64,000 nt of DNA from Salpingoeca rosetta (Eukaryota; Protista; Choanoflagellata). The stretch's first letter is position 1. The number at the start of each line of letters is the position of its first letter. Below are positions 1 to 21,398 of the stretch, one piece after another. Below the pieces are notes generated by a model. It saw nothing but the letters and a program-made list of their open reading frames with translations, searched no databases and was not told the DNA's origin. The position numbers were made by a program, and so were the translations under genes. Where the stretch lies: positions 3,451,711 to 3,515,710 of the forward strand of contig JAWQFM010000001.1 of assembly GCA_033442325.1 (NCBI GenBank), in the 5' to 3' direction.

Positions 1-3000
1 TCTCGAGTCGGTCGCTGTGCCGGGCGAGGGCCTCCTCCAGCTCCTCCACGTGCCGCGCCATCGACTCGTCAAGCACCATGCTCGACGGCCGTGGCAGCAC
101 CCGGAACAGCGGCACCTCCGCAACCTCGTGGAACCGGTACAGGCTGTTGGGCGACACGTCCGGCGCATGCATGGGGTGGCCCATGACGTGGTCCATGGTG
201 TTGTGGTCGTCGCCATTTGACTGCACTTCGTCGTCGTCGCTGTGCGCGTAACCACCATGGCCCGGTGCCTGGTGGCGTGCCGTCGCATGCGGTGCGTCCA
301 CGTTGGTGATGATGGACGACGCTGCCGACAGCCCGCTGGTGTTGGGGGACGCACCCTCGACTGCGTGGCTGCGGAAGTGGCTGGAGAAACTGAAATCGCT
401 CATGCTCAGGTCCTGCCGCTGCTGTTGGTCTCCGTCCACATTTGTAATGGTGACATCACCATCATTGGAAGCAGGAGCAGCATCAGTGGCAACATGATCA
501 CGATCAGCGCCTCTGGTTACGTGTTGCTCGTCGTGGTGTGGGAGCGGGTGCAGCCCAACAACTTGGGCGTGTTCAAGGAGAGCCGTGTCCATCTCGAGGT
601 CGGTCGGGTGCGCTGCCAGCGCAGCATCGTCGTCCGCGCTGTTGTCATCATTGTTGCCAGCATTGCCTGCGGGCAACAGAGCGCGTGCAACGGGGCGGCT
701 GCCCTTTGGGGTGGAATGGAACGCAGCCGCTGTCGCTGACGATGCGGTTGCTGGTGGTGGTGATGATGGTTGTGGTGATGAATGCGAGGAGAGCACTGCT
801 GCTTCGGTATCGTCATGCACGCTCGTGTCGTTGGTGTCATTTCTTGCTTGCTGGTCATCAGCGCCATTGCGCGGACAAACGTTGACGGCTGGAACCCCGC
901 TTCGCACAGGCGTGCCGAGGGAGGGCCGGCTCTCACCATCGCTCGACACGTACCCACCACACACGTGCACGTCGCTTTCGAACGACTGCACAGTTCGCTG
1001 TTTCCGCGACTCGTGCAATGGTGTGTGTGTGGTGGCATCGTGGACAGACACCTCCGCATGCGGCACTGATTCGTCGTCACTGTCGTCATGGTGGTGGTGG
1101 TGGTGATGGTGGTGGTGGTCCGTTGCGTGCATGTGGTGTGACGCCGTGTCAGCGCGTGCATCATCCTCGTCACGACCGCTGCTGCTGTTGCTGTGTTTCA
1201 CGCCATCAAAGCCGTCATCAACGTCGTCGTCGGCGTCAGTGGCGAGGCCCTGCACGTCGCTGGTGCTGTCGTCGGCAACCGCCTCCGTGTCATCGCCGCT
1301 GCTCGGGCCCGACATGCGCACCCCGCTCGGCAGGTGCAGGTCGTAGTCGTCGTCGTCAAGCCGCATCAGGAACGCGCGCTGACGACGCTGCTCGTGCTCG
1401 TCCATGTTTGCGCCGTCAGCCTTGCCAGCAGCGGCAACACCACGCCCGACCCCGGGCTGGTGGTGCTGGTGTACGTGCACGGGTGCGCCGGTGGACACCG
1501 TGACCAGGTCACCGCCGGCAACGAGCGGGCTGCCGTGTCGACGCGTGCGCTGTGCACCATCTCCCTGCAGAGATGAGAGCGCCAGAGACCGCAGTACATC
1601 ACGCACGCCTTCCTCGTCGGAGTCAAGCCCGCTCGCACAGCTCTCAAATGCGAGCGACGCGCAGTCGCTCTCCTCAGTGCTGTCGCCGTGTGTGGATACA
1701 TGTACGTGCGCGTGCCTGTGCTGACGTGCTGTGCTGCTGGCATTGCTCTCAACCTCGTGGTCGCTGTGCTCAACACCAACACCGCCGTTCACCACGACCA
1801 TGGTGCCGTTGGCGCTGGCGTTCGTGTGCACTGCCGCTGCGGCGGTGGAGGTAGTTGCGGTGTTGGTGTGGTCCAGGCTGGTGTTGCAGCTTGAGAGCAT
1901 CTCAAGGTCCGCTGTGGCGACGGCAGACTCGAGCTGCCCCCGCGCGCCGTCACTGTTGCTGCTGCTGTTGTTGTTGTTGTTCGTGTTGCTGCTGCTGGTG
2001 CTTCTGTTGTGGCTGTTACTGGCGTCTGCATTGCTGTTGCTGTTGCTGCCGTTCTCGGTGTGGTCCTCCACTGCGGGAAGGCGCGAGCGGGCAGGGAGCG
2101 ACGCAGGGGACGTTGTCGACGGCGTGTGTGTGGCAGATGTGTCTCCGTCCACTTCGGCATCGCTTGCAGACAGGTGCTGGTTGTCCTGCTTCTGGTGCTC
2201 ATCACACTGCTGCTGCTGCTGGTGAAGGAGGTCGCGGAGAAAGGCGCCAGGCTCCTCCTCCCAGCTCAGGTCCTCCACACCGATGCTCATGGTCGACGTG
2301 TCGGTTGCCTCACCGCCAACAAGCCTGCGCTCGTGCACGATGTTTGCCACATCGGCCAGCGGGGTAGCGGCCACCTTGTGGCGGTGCAGCTCCCGCCCGA
2401 GGGACTTGAGCTCCAGCGGCGCGCCCTCGCCAACACCAGCGGAGGCCATTGCGCTCTCGTGCTGTCGACGCCGCGAGGCTTTGAGTTGCGCTAGCGTCGG
2501 GTTTCCGCTGCCGTCCCCGTGGTTGCCGTTGGCGGTTGATGCTGTGCTTGCACTCACCGTCGTGCTGAGGGTGAGCTCGGACGATGCAGGGGATGGCACC
2601 AGGCCATCGCTGTCCGCTTGTGATGCAGACGCGTTTCTCTCCGCACCACCACCGCCGCTGTTGCTGGTGCTGTTGTTGTTGGTGCTGCGGCGAAACTTGC
2701 GCATCAGACCTAGGTGTGGAGGGATGTGAACAGGTGAGTGGCGAGAGCAGAGGTGAGCTCTGTGTGTGTGTGTGTGTGTGCATGTGTGTATGTGTGTGTG
2801 TGTGTGTGTGAAGAGGGCAAGTTGAGTTCATCTGCTGCCTGACCTCGAAGCTTGTGCTCCTTCTTGGGTTGAGGGTCGGTGTTGTCAGAAGGAAGCTGTG
2901 TCAAAGCAGACGAAGGCAAGGCGTGTTGATGTGCATGTGTGAGCACGACTGGCGACACAACCACAACCTCCGCATATGTTTGCACATGTACCCTCGTACC

Positions 3001-3523
3001 GAAGACACCTTGAGAAGCGCAATCAACCTCCCCGCCACCCCCAACATTCATAACAAGAGCGGAGCGGGTAACGTGCACCGGACCTTGTCGTCGGTGTGCT
3101 TGCGTGAGCTTTGCGGTGACCAGGGCAGTTGCTGGGGTGTGGACCCCATCTGCTGGACCGCGTCCAAGCTCTTGTAGTACACAAGCGACATGGGCAGAGC
3201 AGGGAGGCAAGGGGGGGGGGCGCCGCGGTGGCGTGGGGTGAGATTGTGGTGTTATGATGTGGTGTGGTGTGGCGTGGTTGTTGGTGTTGTTGGTGGTGGT
3301 GTTGTTGTTGTTGTTGTTGTTGTGGTTGTGTGTTATGTTGTGTCGGGTTGTTTTGGTGGCGCGAGGATGAGTGAACGAGGCGTGGAGCAGCGGGGCGCTC
3401 TGCAACAGAGCAGACATGGACGCAAGGCGCGTGGGCGAGCGGAGACGAGCGCAAGAATAGGGACACAGCGGCCTCCGTTGAGGAGTGGGGGAATGCAGTG
3501 GCACCGCGTACCTTGGATGTCAT
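1..3523 (-). CDS. Hypothetical low-complexity/coiled-coil protein, multi-exon, 3' end runs off the window
   Basis: A large exon starts at acceptor cctag (2709) and reads GLMRKFRRSTNNN...LAQLKASRRRQHESAMA...ESMARHVEELEEALARHSDRLE towards base 1. Phase-compatible upstream exons are MTSK (3523), SLDAVQQMG...HTDDK and LPSDNTDPQPKKEHKLR. No recognisable domain; the 5' end is tentative. Confidence 0.55.
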
Positions 3524-4322
3524 CTGAAGAAAAAAGTGTGTTGCTGTTCGCTGCTGCTGTTGCTGTTGCTGTTGCTGAGGCGGAGCAGGAGCAGACGGAT
3601 GCGTGCCCTCGCTTGTTTCCTTCCTCTTTGTGTTGTACCCGTTGCGTGTCGATCACCGACTCGCTCGCTATGCTTACTCGGCAGCCACACACGCACGCCA
3701 ACACGCTGTGGGAGGAAGCCACAAGGTGATCCGACCACTCTGCTGCTGTTGCTGTGGGAGGACACAGTGGCTGTGATGCAAAGTGCAGAGGAGAGGAGAG
3801 AGAGGTAGGGGAAAGAGAGGAGAGGAAGGCGAAGAAGATGATGGAGAAGAAGAAGGAAGTCGAGACCCGGGGGCAACCGACAGTTAGATAGGGAGGCTGG
3901 ACGGAAAAACGGCTGGTAGGCAGCAGAGAAAAGGTTGTAGTTAGCGCTGTCAATAGTGTCAGCCCTGACACACAGCTTCCGAAATTTTCGCTCCCTTGGG
4001 GAAGGTGACCAGGGGAAGGTGCCCGGGTGCTGGGTGGTGTGTGGGCGGTGGTGTGTGAAGGGTGTACCAACGTGGGCAGCAAGCAGGCAGGAGTCGCCGT
4101 CAAACACCCCTGTGACAAACAACACGACTTTTTCCTCGTGTGTGCGCTTGCGTGCAAGCGGATGTGCGAAACAACACAAACAACAACAACAAAGCCAAAA
4201 CGCTTCGCTTGGTTTTTCGTGCTCACTGCGCGACCATATCTGTCGCGGGACAACGAGGATGCGAAAGAAAATCGGTGGTGCAACCGACCTCGCCGCCAAC
4301 AATTTGCATTTGGTGCGCGTGG

Positions 4323-4408
<86 letters not shown>

Positions 4409-4469
4409 CTTTTTGTGTGTGTATGCGTGTGTGTTGCTGTGTTTTTGCTTCAATCGATTGCAACAGCGT

Positions 4470-5330
4470 CTATGATTGACTGTCAGCCTTCGTGGTGGTG
4501 GTGGTGGTGGTGGTGGTGGGCGCAGAAAGGTCAAGAAACAGCGCAGACAACACGCGTAGAAACGACGCCAGCGATACATAACGATCTGTGCAAACGAGAT
4601 GCATGTGTGTGTGTGTGTGTGTGCGTATGAGCTTGCGGTGGTCATCATCATCTTGTTCTTCCCCCTTCTTGCGAGCAGACACGCACGCATTTCATGTAGA
4701 CACACCCACACACCCACACACGCACTACATGCAAACAAATCACACACACACTCCATACAAACAAATCACACACACACACAAGCAAACAACACGAACAACC
4801 AATATCCCAAACAAGCGCCACAACCAATGCAACGAGCACGCCACAGCTACCTTGCTGGTTTGTGGCCATGCCGCGTGCTTGCGCATCCTTGATGGCGGAG
4901 GTAAGGGCGGCATCCACCGCCGCCACATCTGCTGCGGCCGGCGACGCCTCAAGCAAGAGAAAGTCGATCAGCTGCTGGCATATGTCCTCTTTGGCCAATC
5001 CTGGTGGTTCGTGTGGACGCATCAGGGATGTTGCATGACGGGTGAGAGACGTTGAAGGTGTGTCACAGAACAAGAGCGAGCGAAGGTGCAATATCCAACA
5101 CACACGCACACACGTACGCACGCGCGCTTGGGTCACCTGTGTTGAATGGGTCCAATAATAAAAACAGAGCGCGCCCTTGTTCCAGAAGCTCCTCATATCT
5201 GCACAGCGCGCGCAGCGAGTGAGGCACATGACAGGATGATGTCAGTGATGTCAGCGTGGACAAATGTGTACGTGTGTGTGTGTGTGTGCGTGCACGTATG
5301 TGTGCATGTATGTGTGTGTTCGTGTGTGCG

Positions 5331-5388
<58 letters not shown>

Positions 5389-6122
5389 CGTGTGCGTGTG
5401 TGCATGTATGTGTTCGTGTGTGCGTGTGTTCGTGCCAGTGGTGTGCGTTTTTCACGCACTGATAGCAGACGGTGAGGGCTTCTTTAAAATGTGGCCAGGT
5501 CACAACAGCGTGGTCAGCACGCATGTATCGTGTACACAGCGCTTCAGACACCTGCATATGTGCCAAAGGGCCGTGGTGGGCGTGAGGCACAGTGGTAGAT
5601 ACTCACTGCCTCGGCATGACACGTCGCAAAACACAACACACATGTACACATCCACACGTACACACATATCCACACACATCAACACACATACAAACGCACA
5701 TACACACCCACATTCACATCCACACACACATGTACACATCCACATACACATCCACGTATCGGCACCCACATGCACACACAAACAGCCAACGCTCGCTGCA
5801 CCTGTGGCGAAAAGTCTGACGTGCGCATGCCAAGCAGCTGCATAAAGTCCACGCCCAAGACAGCGTCGAGGCCCTGCCTGTTCACCAGCAGGCCGTCCAG
5901 GCTGTTTGTGACCTGCTTCGACGATGGCGGCGCAAGCATGACTGAGGACAGCGCACCCGATATATCTGCATGATCCGTGAACACGTTGGTGTGGGTACAT
6001 CGTGTGTGAGCGTGGGACGAAGCAGAGGGAGAGAGTGTGTGTGTGCGTGTGTGTGAGTGAGTGTGTGTGCGTGTACGTGTGCGTGTGTGTGTGTATGTGT
6101 GTATGTGTGTATGTGTGTGTGT

Positions 6123-6153
<31 letters not shown>

Positions 6154-6328
6154 GCTAGCATACACGCTAAGGTTGAAAGCAGGACAGTCACATACACATG
6201 CACACCTGGAGAAGGAGCCGATGCTTTTGATGATGAGGATGAGTGTCTTGTCTTCTTCCGCTTCTTGCTGCCACCACTTGCACCTGTGATGTGTTTGCGC
6301 AGATCAAATGGGATGACACATTAATGAG

Positions 6329-6418
<90 letters not shown>

Positions 6419-6678
6419 TCACACACGCATACGCACGCACCTTCAGGGGAAGTGTTTTTGTGACGCGTGCGCAGGGAACCATATGTTCTGTCAAGCGTGT
6501 TGTGTTGGTTGACGGAGAGCAAGGTGTATGCCTCTGCAATGGCTTCTGCTCGACGAAAGTGCGGATTGCCTGTTGCGTGCCCTGTAGCAGCGAAGCGAAA
6601 GGGGGGGGTGGAGGGAGTGCGACGACCCCAGCCACAATTGAGTACCACGTCAGTGCCCACCAACACACACACACGCAC

Positions 6679-6750
<72 letters not shown>

Positions 6751-6910
6751 GCACGCATATACAGACGTACGGATGAGCTTGTAGGCGCGCTGTACTGCGG
6801 GGACGCCAGTCGTCACGTGTGTAAAGTAGTCAGCCAGAAAGCTCATGGGGTCTGCAGGGCGGATGCGCAGTAGCTCCCGCATGGCCCGCGTCAGATGCTG
6901 CCGCACTGGT
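4470..6910 (-). CDS. TPGS1: Tubulin polyglutamylase complex subunit 1-like (RIIa-type dimerisation N-terminus), multi-exon; 5' end near gap
   Basis: Exons [108 protein letters not shown] and [16 protein letters not shown] parallel remembered TPGS1 blocks in order (RPEEPIAFLAHYF ... RAGALFQLL ... EFLERAAALFI). Confidence 0.7.
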
Positions 6911-7024
6911 GGTTCATCACAGGCGCACGGTGAGATCACGCTGATGATGTTCAGAGAAGAAGAGGATGGTCGCAAACACACACACACACGCACACATACA
7001 CACACATACACACACACTCTCTCT

Positions 7025-7113
<89 letters not shown>

Positions 7114-7230
7114 CAACCAACCAGGGGGGTTTAAAGAGGGTGCGCCTGTTACTTCTGCCCAGACAAAACACAATTCTGTGGATTTGACAAGCAGAACACA
7201 CAAAAAAGGGAATGCGCTTGTCGGTTTGGT

Positions 7231-7346
7231 NNNNNNNNNNNNNNNNNNNNNNNNNNNNNNNNNNNNNNNNNNNNNNNNNNNNNNNNNNNNNNNNNNNNNN
7301 NNNNNNNNNNNNNNNNNNNNNNNNNNNNNNNNNNNNNNNNNNNNNN
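7231..7346. other. Assembly gap (N run)
   Basis: Run of N. Confidence 1.
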
Positions 7347-7447
7347 GTTGTGTGGGTGATGAGGTCCTCGTTCTTCTGCGTCGCCGCGAACAAGCCTTGA
7401 TGTGCATTCATATGGCTTGCGATCGATGCTGCCACTGAGATTGCAGG

Positions 7448-9604
<2,157 letters not shown>

Positions 9605-10269
9605 CGCACTCCCACACCACTCCCCCAAACACGCTTGCTTGCTTGTACACACACGTCAGTGCCTATGTATGTCTGGATCTGCCTGTGCTGTCGCGTGCTG
9701 TTGCTCTTGTATTCCACTGTACGTTGCACCGCCTTCACGATCTTCATCTCCCTTGTCATGTTAGGGCGCTGTGTCACACCATCACGTGTGATGTCACACC
9801 ACACCATCACGTGTGATGTCACATCACACCATCACATCATCACATCATCGCTCACAACACTCTTCGTCTCACATCACAAGACCCAAAACAGTAAATTAAA
9901 TGGCCTCTGTATGACACAGCACTTCCAAAAAGAGTGAACAATGAAGGAGGAGGAGGGAGAACAACGGAGCTGTGCTGTCCCGACAACCATGATGAATGGG
10001 ACCATTGTTCTCTTGCTCTCACCATGTGCTGAGCTGCCGAGCGGCAGAGCTGAAGTGCCGATGCCAAACAGCAGAGTGCTTGTCATTTCTCGCATGCAGC
10101 GCTGGTCCGACGACAAACAGACTCAAGCCCACACGTCGACAAGCACCAACGATCCAACGGCGTCCAGCAAGTCCAAGCATCACACCACGCAGCTCACTGC
10201 CACCAACCTTACTTGAGCAACAACTCCACAAGCAACAGGCCACAGCATCCACTCTCTCTTTCACTCAAC

Positions 10270-10644
10270 ATGTCAGCAGAGCAGGCCCGCCGTGAGAGCG
10301 TGCAGGTGGTGATCCACAAGCCGCCCACCGCGCGGGGAGTCCGCTACGCCATGACCACACTCAGCATCAAGCCGTCCACCCCCGTGCGTGCAGTGAAGGA
10401 GCTGATTGTGCAGCAACTGCCGGACCTGATGTCCGCCAACCTCACGTACTGTGTCGACGGCAAGGAGATTGCTGACAGCGACGCCATTGCGCCCGAGGGA
10501 GCGTTCGCGCGCCACCCCCACAGCAACAGCGTGTTCCTGCACTTCCGCTACGAAGACCCTACACTGGAGGAGGTTGTGCAGGCGCTGCGCAAGGAGCGGG
10601 ACTTTATCATCCCCTTGGACCAGGTCAAGATCAAGGGAAAGTGA
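10270..10644 (+). CDS. Small intronless ubiquitin-like fold protein (124 aa)
   Basis: Repeat-free GC3-rich ORF. VQVVIH...TTLSIKPSTPVRAVKELIVQQLP...LTYCVDGKEIADSDAI...VFLHFR follows the ubiquitin beta-grasp pattern. No terminal GG. Confidence 0.65.
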   Translation: MSAEQARRESVQVVIHKPPTARGVRYAMTTLSIKPSTPVRAVKELIVQQLPDLMSANLTYCVDGKEIADSDAIAPEGAFARHPHSNSVFLHFRYEDPTLEEVVQALRKERDFIIPLDQVKIKGK

Positions 10645-10789
10645 AGAAGTGACAACGCGAACTGGCCCGCGGGGAATGCGAGAAGGCGAGAATGCAGCAA
10701 GCCAGCGGCATGGTCGTGCTGTTGTAGTTGTTGCTGGTCTCTCGTGGTCGTTGTCGTTGTTATTGATATCTCGTTGTCCTCTTGCACAC

Positions 10790-11755
<966 letters not shown>

Positions 11756-11906
11756 ATCGACATGCGCGAACATGCACATTGCGTAGTGCATGCATGACGT
11801 GCAAGAGCGAGAAAGGGTTTTGCGGTGACGCTAATGCTTCCAGAAGGAAAGAGAACTGTCAGCTGCAGTGCACAAGCGGCGCAAACCGCACGCAGCATTG
11901 GCGCTG

Positions 11907-12297
11907 TTACTGGTGATGCTGCTGATCGTGCTTGTACATGCCCTCGCCAAACAAGTGTTGTGGGTGCTGGGGCGGCTGTGACGGCTGCTGAATCTGCTCG
12001 TGGAACTGCGACAATGGCTGATGATACTGCTGTTGCACGTACTCGTGCGGGTTGAAATGCGGCATTGGCGGCATTGGCGGCGGCGGGAGGTGCTGGTGGG
12101 CGTGGACGTGCGGGTGCGACGGCTGCTCGATGCCAGACATCATCATCGCAGCATTGCCGTCACCGTCGCCAGGCTGTGGCTGCTGCTGCTGCTGCTGCTG
12201 TTGTTGTTGCTCGTAGTGGTGGTGGTACTGAAACTGCTGGGGCTGCGGCTGTGCTTGAAAGAGTTGTTGGTGCTGCTCGTGTTGTGGTTGTGGCAAG

Positions 12298-12353
<56 letters not shown>

Positions 12354-12926
12354 TTGTTGTTGCTGCTGGTGTGGAGGGTGGTGTGCAGAAGACGCCTGCG
12401 GCTGCACCTGTGCGTGTGCTTGCTGTGCGTGTGCCTGCTGTGCGTGTGCATCCTTGCTCCTCTTATGCCACTTTGGCTTGCGAGACTTCTTGCTTTCCTT
12501 GACGGCGGCAACAAGCGGCGCGAAGAACTCGTGCTCCATCGCCGCCTCCGCCGTGATGCGCGCGTCCGGGTTGTACCGCAGCAGCGCCTTGACCAGGTCC
12601 ACTGCCACCGGTGCAGCCCGCGAGAGAAACGTCTCCAGGCCCACGCTTGTGGCCGGGATGTGGCGCATGGACAGGACGGGGGCAAAGTCCTTGTAGCGCT
12701 CGTACTGACGCATGTCCCACGATGGCGGTGGGGTGCCGAGCATGTCGAAGATGAGCAGCAGCTGCTCGTTGATCGAGTTGCCCTGGAACGGCGGCTGCCC
12801 AGTCAGCACCTCTGGTGAATTGGGTTGGGGAGCGGGGAAGGGGGAAGGGGAGGAGGGTTTGCGAAGAAGTGTGAGTGCGTGACGCGAGAGTGTGCGAGTT
12901 GGAGGAGAGAGCGCACGTGAGCGTGC

Positions 12927-13016
<90 letters not shown>

Positions 13017-15133
13017 CGAATTTGTGAACACATACAAGGATGCACATGAGCACGCACCCGCACCCACAACAAACACATGAGCACGCACCGGCGAAGATGA
13101 CGCCAGTTGACCAGAGGTCGATGCACGGCCCATAGTGCTCTGATCCGAGCAGCACGTCGGGCGCTCGGTACCACAACGTCACAACCTGCCGTTGGGTTCC
13201 AATGTTGCAAGATGCAGGCATGGTGGTGAGAACAGCAACAAAAACACCAAGTCACACTGCATACTCAATCTTGCACTGTGCGTTGTGTGTGTGTGTGTGT
13301 GTGAAAGCGTCTGTGCAGACGCCCATGTGGATACAAGCGTAAAGTACGCACATCGGCAGTGTATTTGGAGACGGGCACGCCAATGGGTCGAGCGAGGCCA
13401 AAGTCGGCGAGCTTCAGGCGGCCCTTCTGTCAGCGGAAGGAGGGAACCGGGAACATCATGTGCAGGGATATGCAGGTGTGTATGTGCACGTAAGCATATG
13501 AGGGTTTACACATGTGCGTGTAAATGTTTGTGTGCGTACGTGTGTGTACATGTGTGCGTTTACATGTGTGCGTTTACATGTATGTGTGTGTGTGTGTGTG
13601 CACTCGACACACATCCCTGCACACGCAAGGAACCAAGCGCGCCAACGGACATAGCACATGCATATGCACAGACGCGTGTGTACACTTGTAGACGTACGCA
13701 CCCTGTCGAGGAGGATGTTTTGTGGCTTGAGGTCTCGGTGGAGAATGTGTTGTGAATGGATGTATGCAACAGCGCGCAGGAGCTGGAACATGATCGTCTG
13801 CAAGCGAACACGCGCGCGCATACACACACACACACATTCAGTTATGTTTGCAGTCAAATATATCGTGGCATTCGTGGCGTGAGACTATATCCAACACGTC
13901 CGCGAAGTGTATGCGCGTGAGTGTGAGTGAGTGTGTGAGTGAGTGTGTGAGTGTGTGTGTGTGTGTGAGTGTGTGTGAGTGAGTGAGTGTGTGTGTGTGT
14001 GTGTGCATGGGTTGGTGATGAGACATGGCGTACCTGGGCCAGGTTGGGGTCGTGCTGGATTGGTTTGTGGGAAAGGAACTGCTTCAAGTCCTGGTCACAA
14101 AACTCAAACACCATCATCAGGCGCGTCTGCGAGTACAGCACGTCCAACAAGCTGTCACACAAGAGAGGGAGAGAGAGTGTGTGTGTGTATGTGTGTATGC
14201 GTGTGCGTGTGTGTGTGTGCGCGTGTGTGTGTGCGCGTGTGTGTGTGTGAGTGTGTGTGTGTGAGTGAGTGAGTGAGTGCGTTTGTGCGTTTGATTGCAG
14301 GTGTCCATGTTGAGAAGTAATCCGACGATAACACAAGGCAGAGAGAGAGAGAGAGAGACAGCACGTATGCGTGTATGCGTGTGTGTCTGTACATTTATTG
14401 CCTGCTCGCCTTGTCTACATGGCTGTGTGTGTGCGTGTCTGTGTGTGTGTGTGTGTGCAGATGGAGACAAACTCGCGTTTGCAGCCCTTCCCCTTTCCGG
14501 TGTGCTGAGAACAATAGGGCATAGTCCTGTGCCGATACTCACCGCACGATGTTGGGGTGGTCTAGCCTTTTGAGCAGGGAAATCTCGCGAACAGCGTTGC
14601 TTGGGACGCCCTGCGCACCAGAATCACAAGAGGTGAGAATGCCAAATAGACAGGGAGAGGAATATTGGCGCTGCTGATGCATGACATGGCTGAGGCAGAG
14701 GTCACGAGCGGGATGCACAACTCATGCACAAACAAACAATCAATCAGGTGCATCTGGCCCAAGCGAGCGCCGGCAACGACAGCGACAAATAAACGCGTGA
14801 GTTGCAGCAGCAAGATGCACGTGTGCCAGACCTCTGCGCCTCCATTGAGCGTGATGGCCTTGATGGCGACAATTTGGCTGTTCTGTCGGTCTTGTGCTGC
14901 AAGAAACCAATGTGCCAATCACACAGCCATGAGGCGGGGGAGGCGAGGAGGCACACCATGGTGGGGAGCGTGGTTTCCACACGCACGCATGCACAACACA
15001 CGCACGTGTGCACAACGCACGTGTGCACACACACAAGAATGTACAAACCACACCACACGCACACACCTTTGTAGACTTGGCCGTAGGTGCCTTCGCCAAC
15101 CTTGCAGATCCGCACATAGCGTCCCTCGCTCAT
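11907..15133 (-). CDS. Cyclin-dependent kinase, CDK5/Pho85-like, 8 exons, Q/H-rich C-terminal tail
   Basis: Exons [22 protein letters not shown] | IVAIKAI | [22 protein letters not shown] | [13 protein letters not shown] | [13 protein letters not shown] | [22 protein letters not shown] | [14 protein letters not shown] | ...[13 protein letters not shown]; stop at 11907. Confidence 0.93.
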
Positions 15134-15381
15134 GGCTGTGGATGCGGCTGCTGCTTGGTTTGGTTGGTTTGGTGGTGGGGCGCACGCAAGCGTCCTCCAA
15201 AAACAGTTCCGAACAGGATAAGCTGATTCTGTGAAAAATGCGTATGTCTTCAAATGAGAAGATTCACCAAAGACATTCGCCGGTTCTTGGCAGGGGATTT
15301 GGCGGGACAAGTTTGAGCGAGTCGTCCGTTGCAGCAGCTGTTGCAGTCGCGAGCGCGCATTCATGTCAAACACACACACAC

Positions 15382-15436
<55 letters not shown>

Positions 15437-15554
15437 ACAGCAGGCAAGTTTGTCTTTGCACGTTCATTCAGCGCGTGTTTGTGTTTCTGTTTGTGTGGTG
15501 GAGATGGTGGTGTAGCAAACGACCAAAGACACAGGCTGCAGTGTGACGGAGAAC

Positions 15555-19742
<4,188 letters not shown>

Positions 19743-20175
19743 CGCGCGTCCATAGTGGTTGATTGGGGCGAAACGCTGTGTGCGCGCGTGACCTCGAGCG
19801 AGGTGTTGGTGGGGGTGGTAGGAGGGTGTTGACCTTTGCAATGTGCCTGCAACGTGTTGCTCTTATACAGTCGACAGGTCAGGTTGTGCAGTCGACAAGG
19901 GTGACAGACCGTATTTAAGCAATAATAAATATGCTTGTAATTGGAAAGCAGATAGGAAACCGGAGCCATTGCAAGTGCGTGTGTGTGCGTGTGTGCGTGT
20001 GCTTGCTGAAGATGGCTTTTTTGTGTGCCAGGATTGTTTATTGATCTATGCGACGTGTGAGACAGAACGTGAGTCAGGTATCCCAAGATAAAATCAAAAA
20101 CAACGAAAAGGAACTTGAGTCGGAACAACAAACAACCAAGCAAGGAGGAAACAACAGGGAAGAAAGCGGGGCAGG

Positions 20176-20211
<36 letters not shown>

Positions 20212-20263
20212 ACACACACACACACACACAAAAGCAAGCAAGCTAACGCAAGCTGCACGTGCG

Positions 20264-21325
20264 TCAGTCCTCGTCAATTTCCTCGTGCTGCAGCAGCGGC
20301 CCGAGAATGTCGTCGTGGTCATTGTGGTGGTGGTGACGATGGTGGTGGTGGTGGTGACCGGTATCATGGTCATCGCCGTCTCCACCGCTGCAGCGGTCGT
20401 GCGCACCCTGCTGCTGCTGCTGCTGCTGCTGATGGCGATGATGATGCTGCTGTTGGTGGTGGTGATGGTGGTGGTGGTGGTGTTTCTTTGACGCTTTCTT
20501 GCTTGGCTTTTTGCCTTTCTTTCCTTGCCCTCCCTTCTTGCGTCGCTGCTGCTGCTGGTGCTGTGTGCCCTTGCCCTGCTCGGCGTCTGTGGCCATGCCA
20601 TATGCATCCTTGTCACCTTCCTTGTCCGCAGCCAATGGTGTGTTTGTCTCCCCACCGTGCTGGTGCGCTGGTGCGGAAACCGAGCCATCAGTGTCACCAC
20701 CGTCATTGTCATTCCTCAAAGGCTCCCCTGTTGCTCCTGCAGCTGTTGCTGGCGCGGTTGGTGCTGTTGGTGTCGTCGCAGTCTCTGCGTCATCGTCACC
20801 ATCATCACCACCACCATCATCGTTGCCGCCATTGGCATTGCCGTCGACACGCGGTGGCAGCATGTTGTGAAACGCAGTGCTGTTGGTGATGGTGGCGTCC
20901 AAATCCAAACCGTTGAGCGCAGCGCCCAACAGTCCAAACGACACAACACCCGACTCATCACCAGCAACATCGTCAGCGTCAGCGCCGCGGATGCTCATGC
21001 GGTACTCGGCAGCGCCACCATCACTTCCATCGTCAGCATCATCGTCGTCATCATCGTAGTCGTCGTCGCCATACAAGGGGAAGGCGGTGGTGTCTTGTGC
21101 AAGCAAGTTGAGGAGCATCTGGCTGGACGGCGTTGGCGAGAGCGATGGGGCGTTTGCACGCTGGAACAGCAGCATGAGCTTGGCCGCTTCCTCAAACAGG
21201 GAGGAGGTGGTGTCGTCGCCTTGCTGCGCCAGCTCTTGCGCATGCAGCGCCATGCTGTCATGTGGGAATGAGGACGGGAGAGGTGGTGTGAGTGGGATGG
21301 AGTGCAAACGCAAGTGACAAGGAGA

Positions 21326-21398
<73 letters not shown>

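Noticed and set aside
2950-3190. LVYYKS and GYMCK as PH-domain motifs
   Set aside because: They occur in the wrong order and fall in predicted introns.
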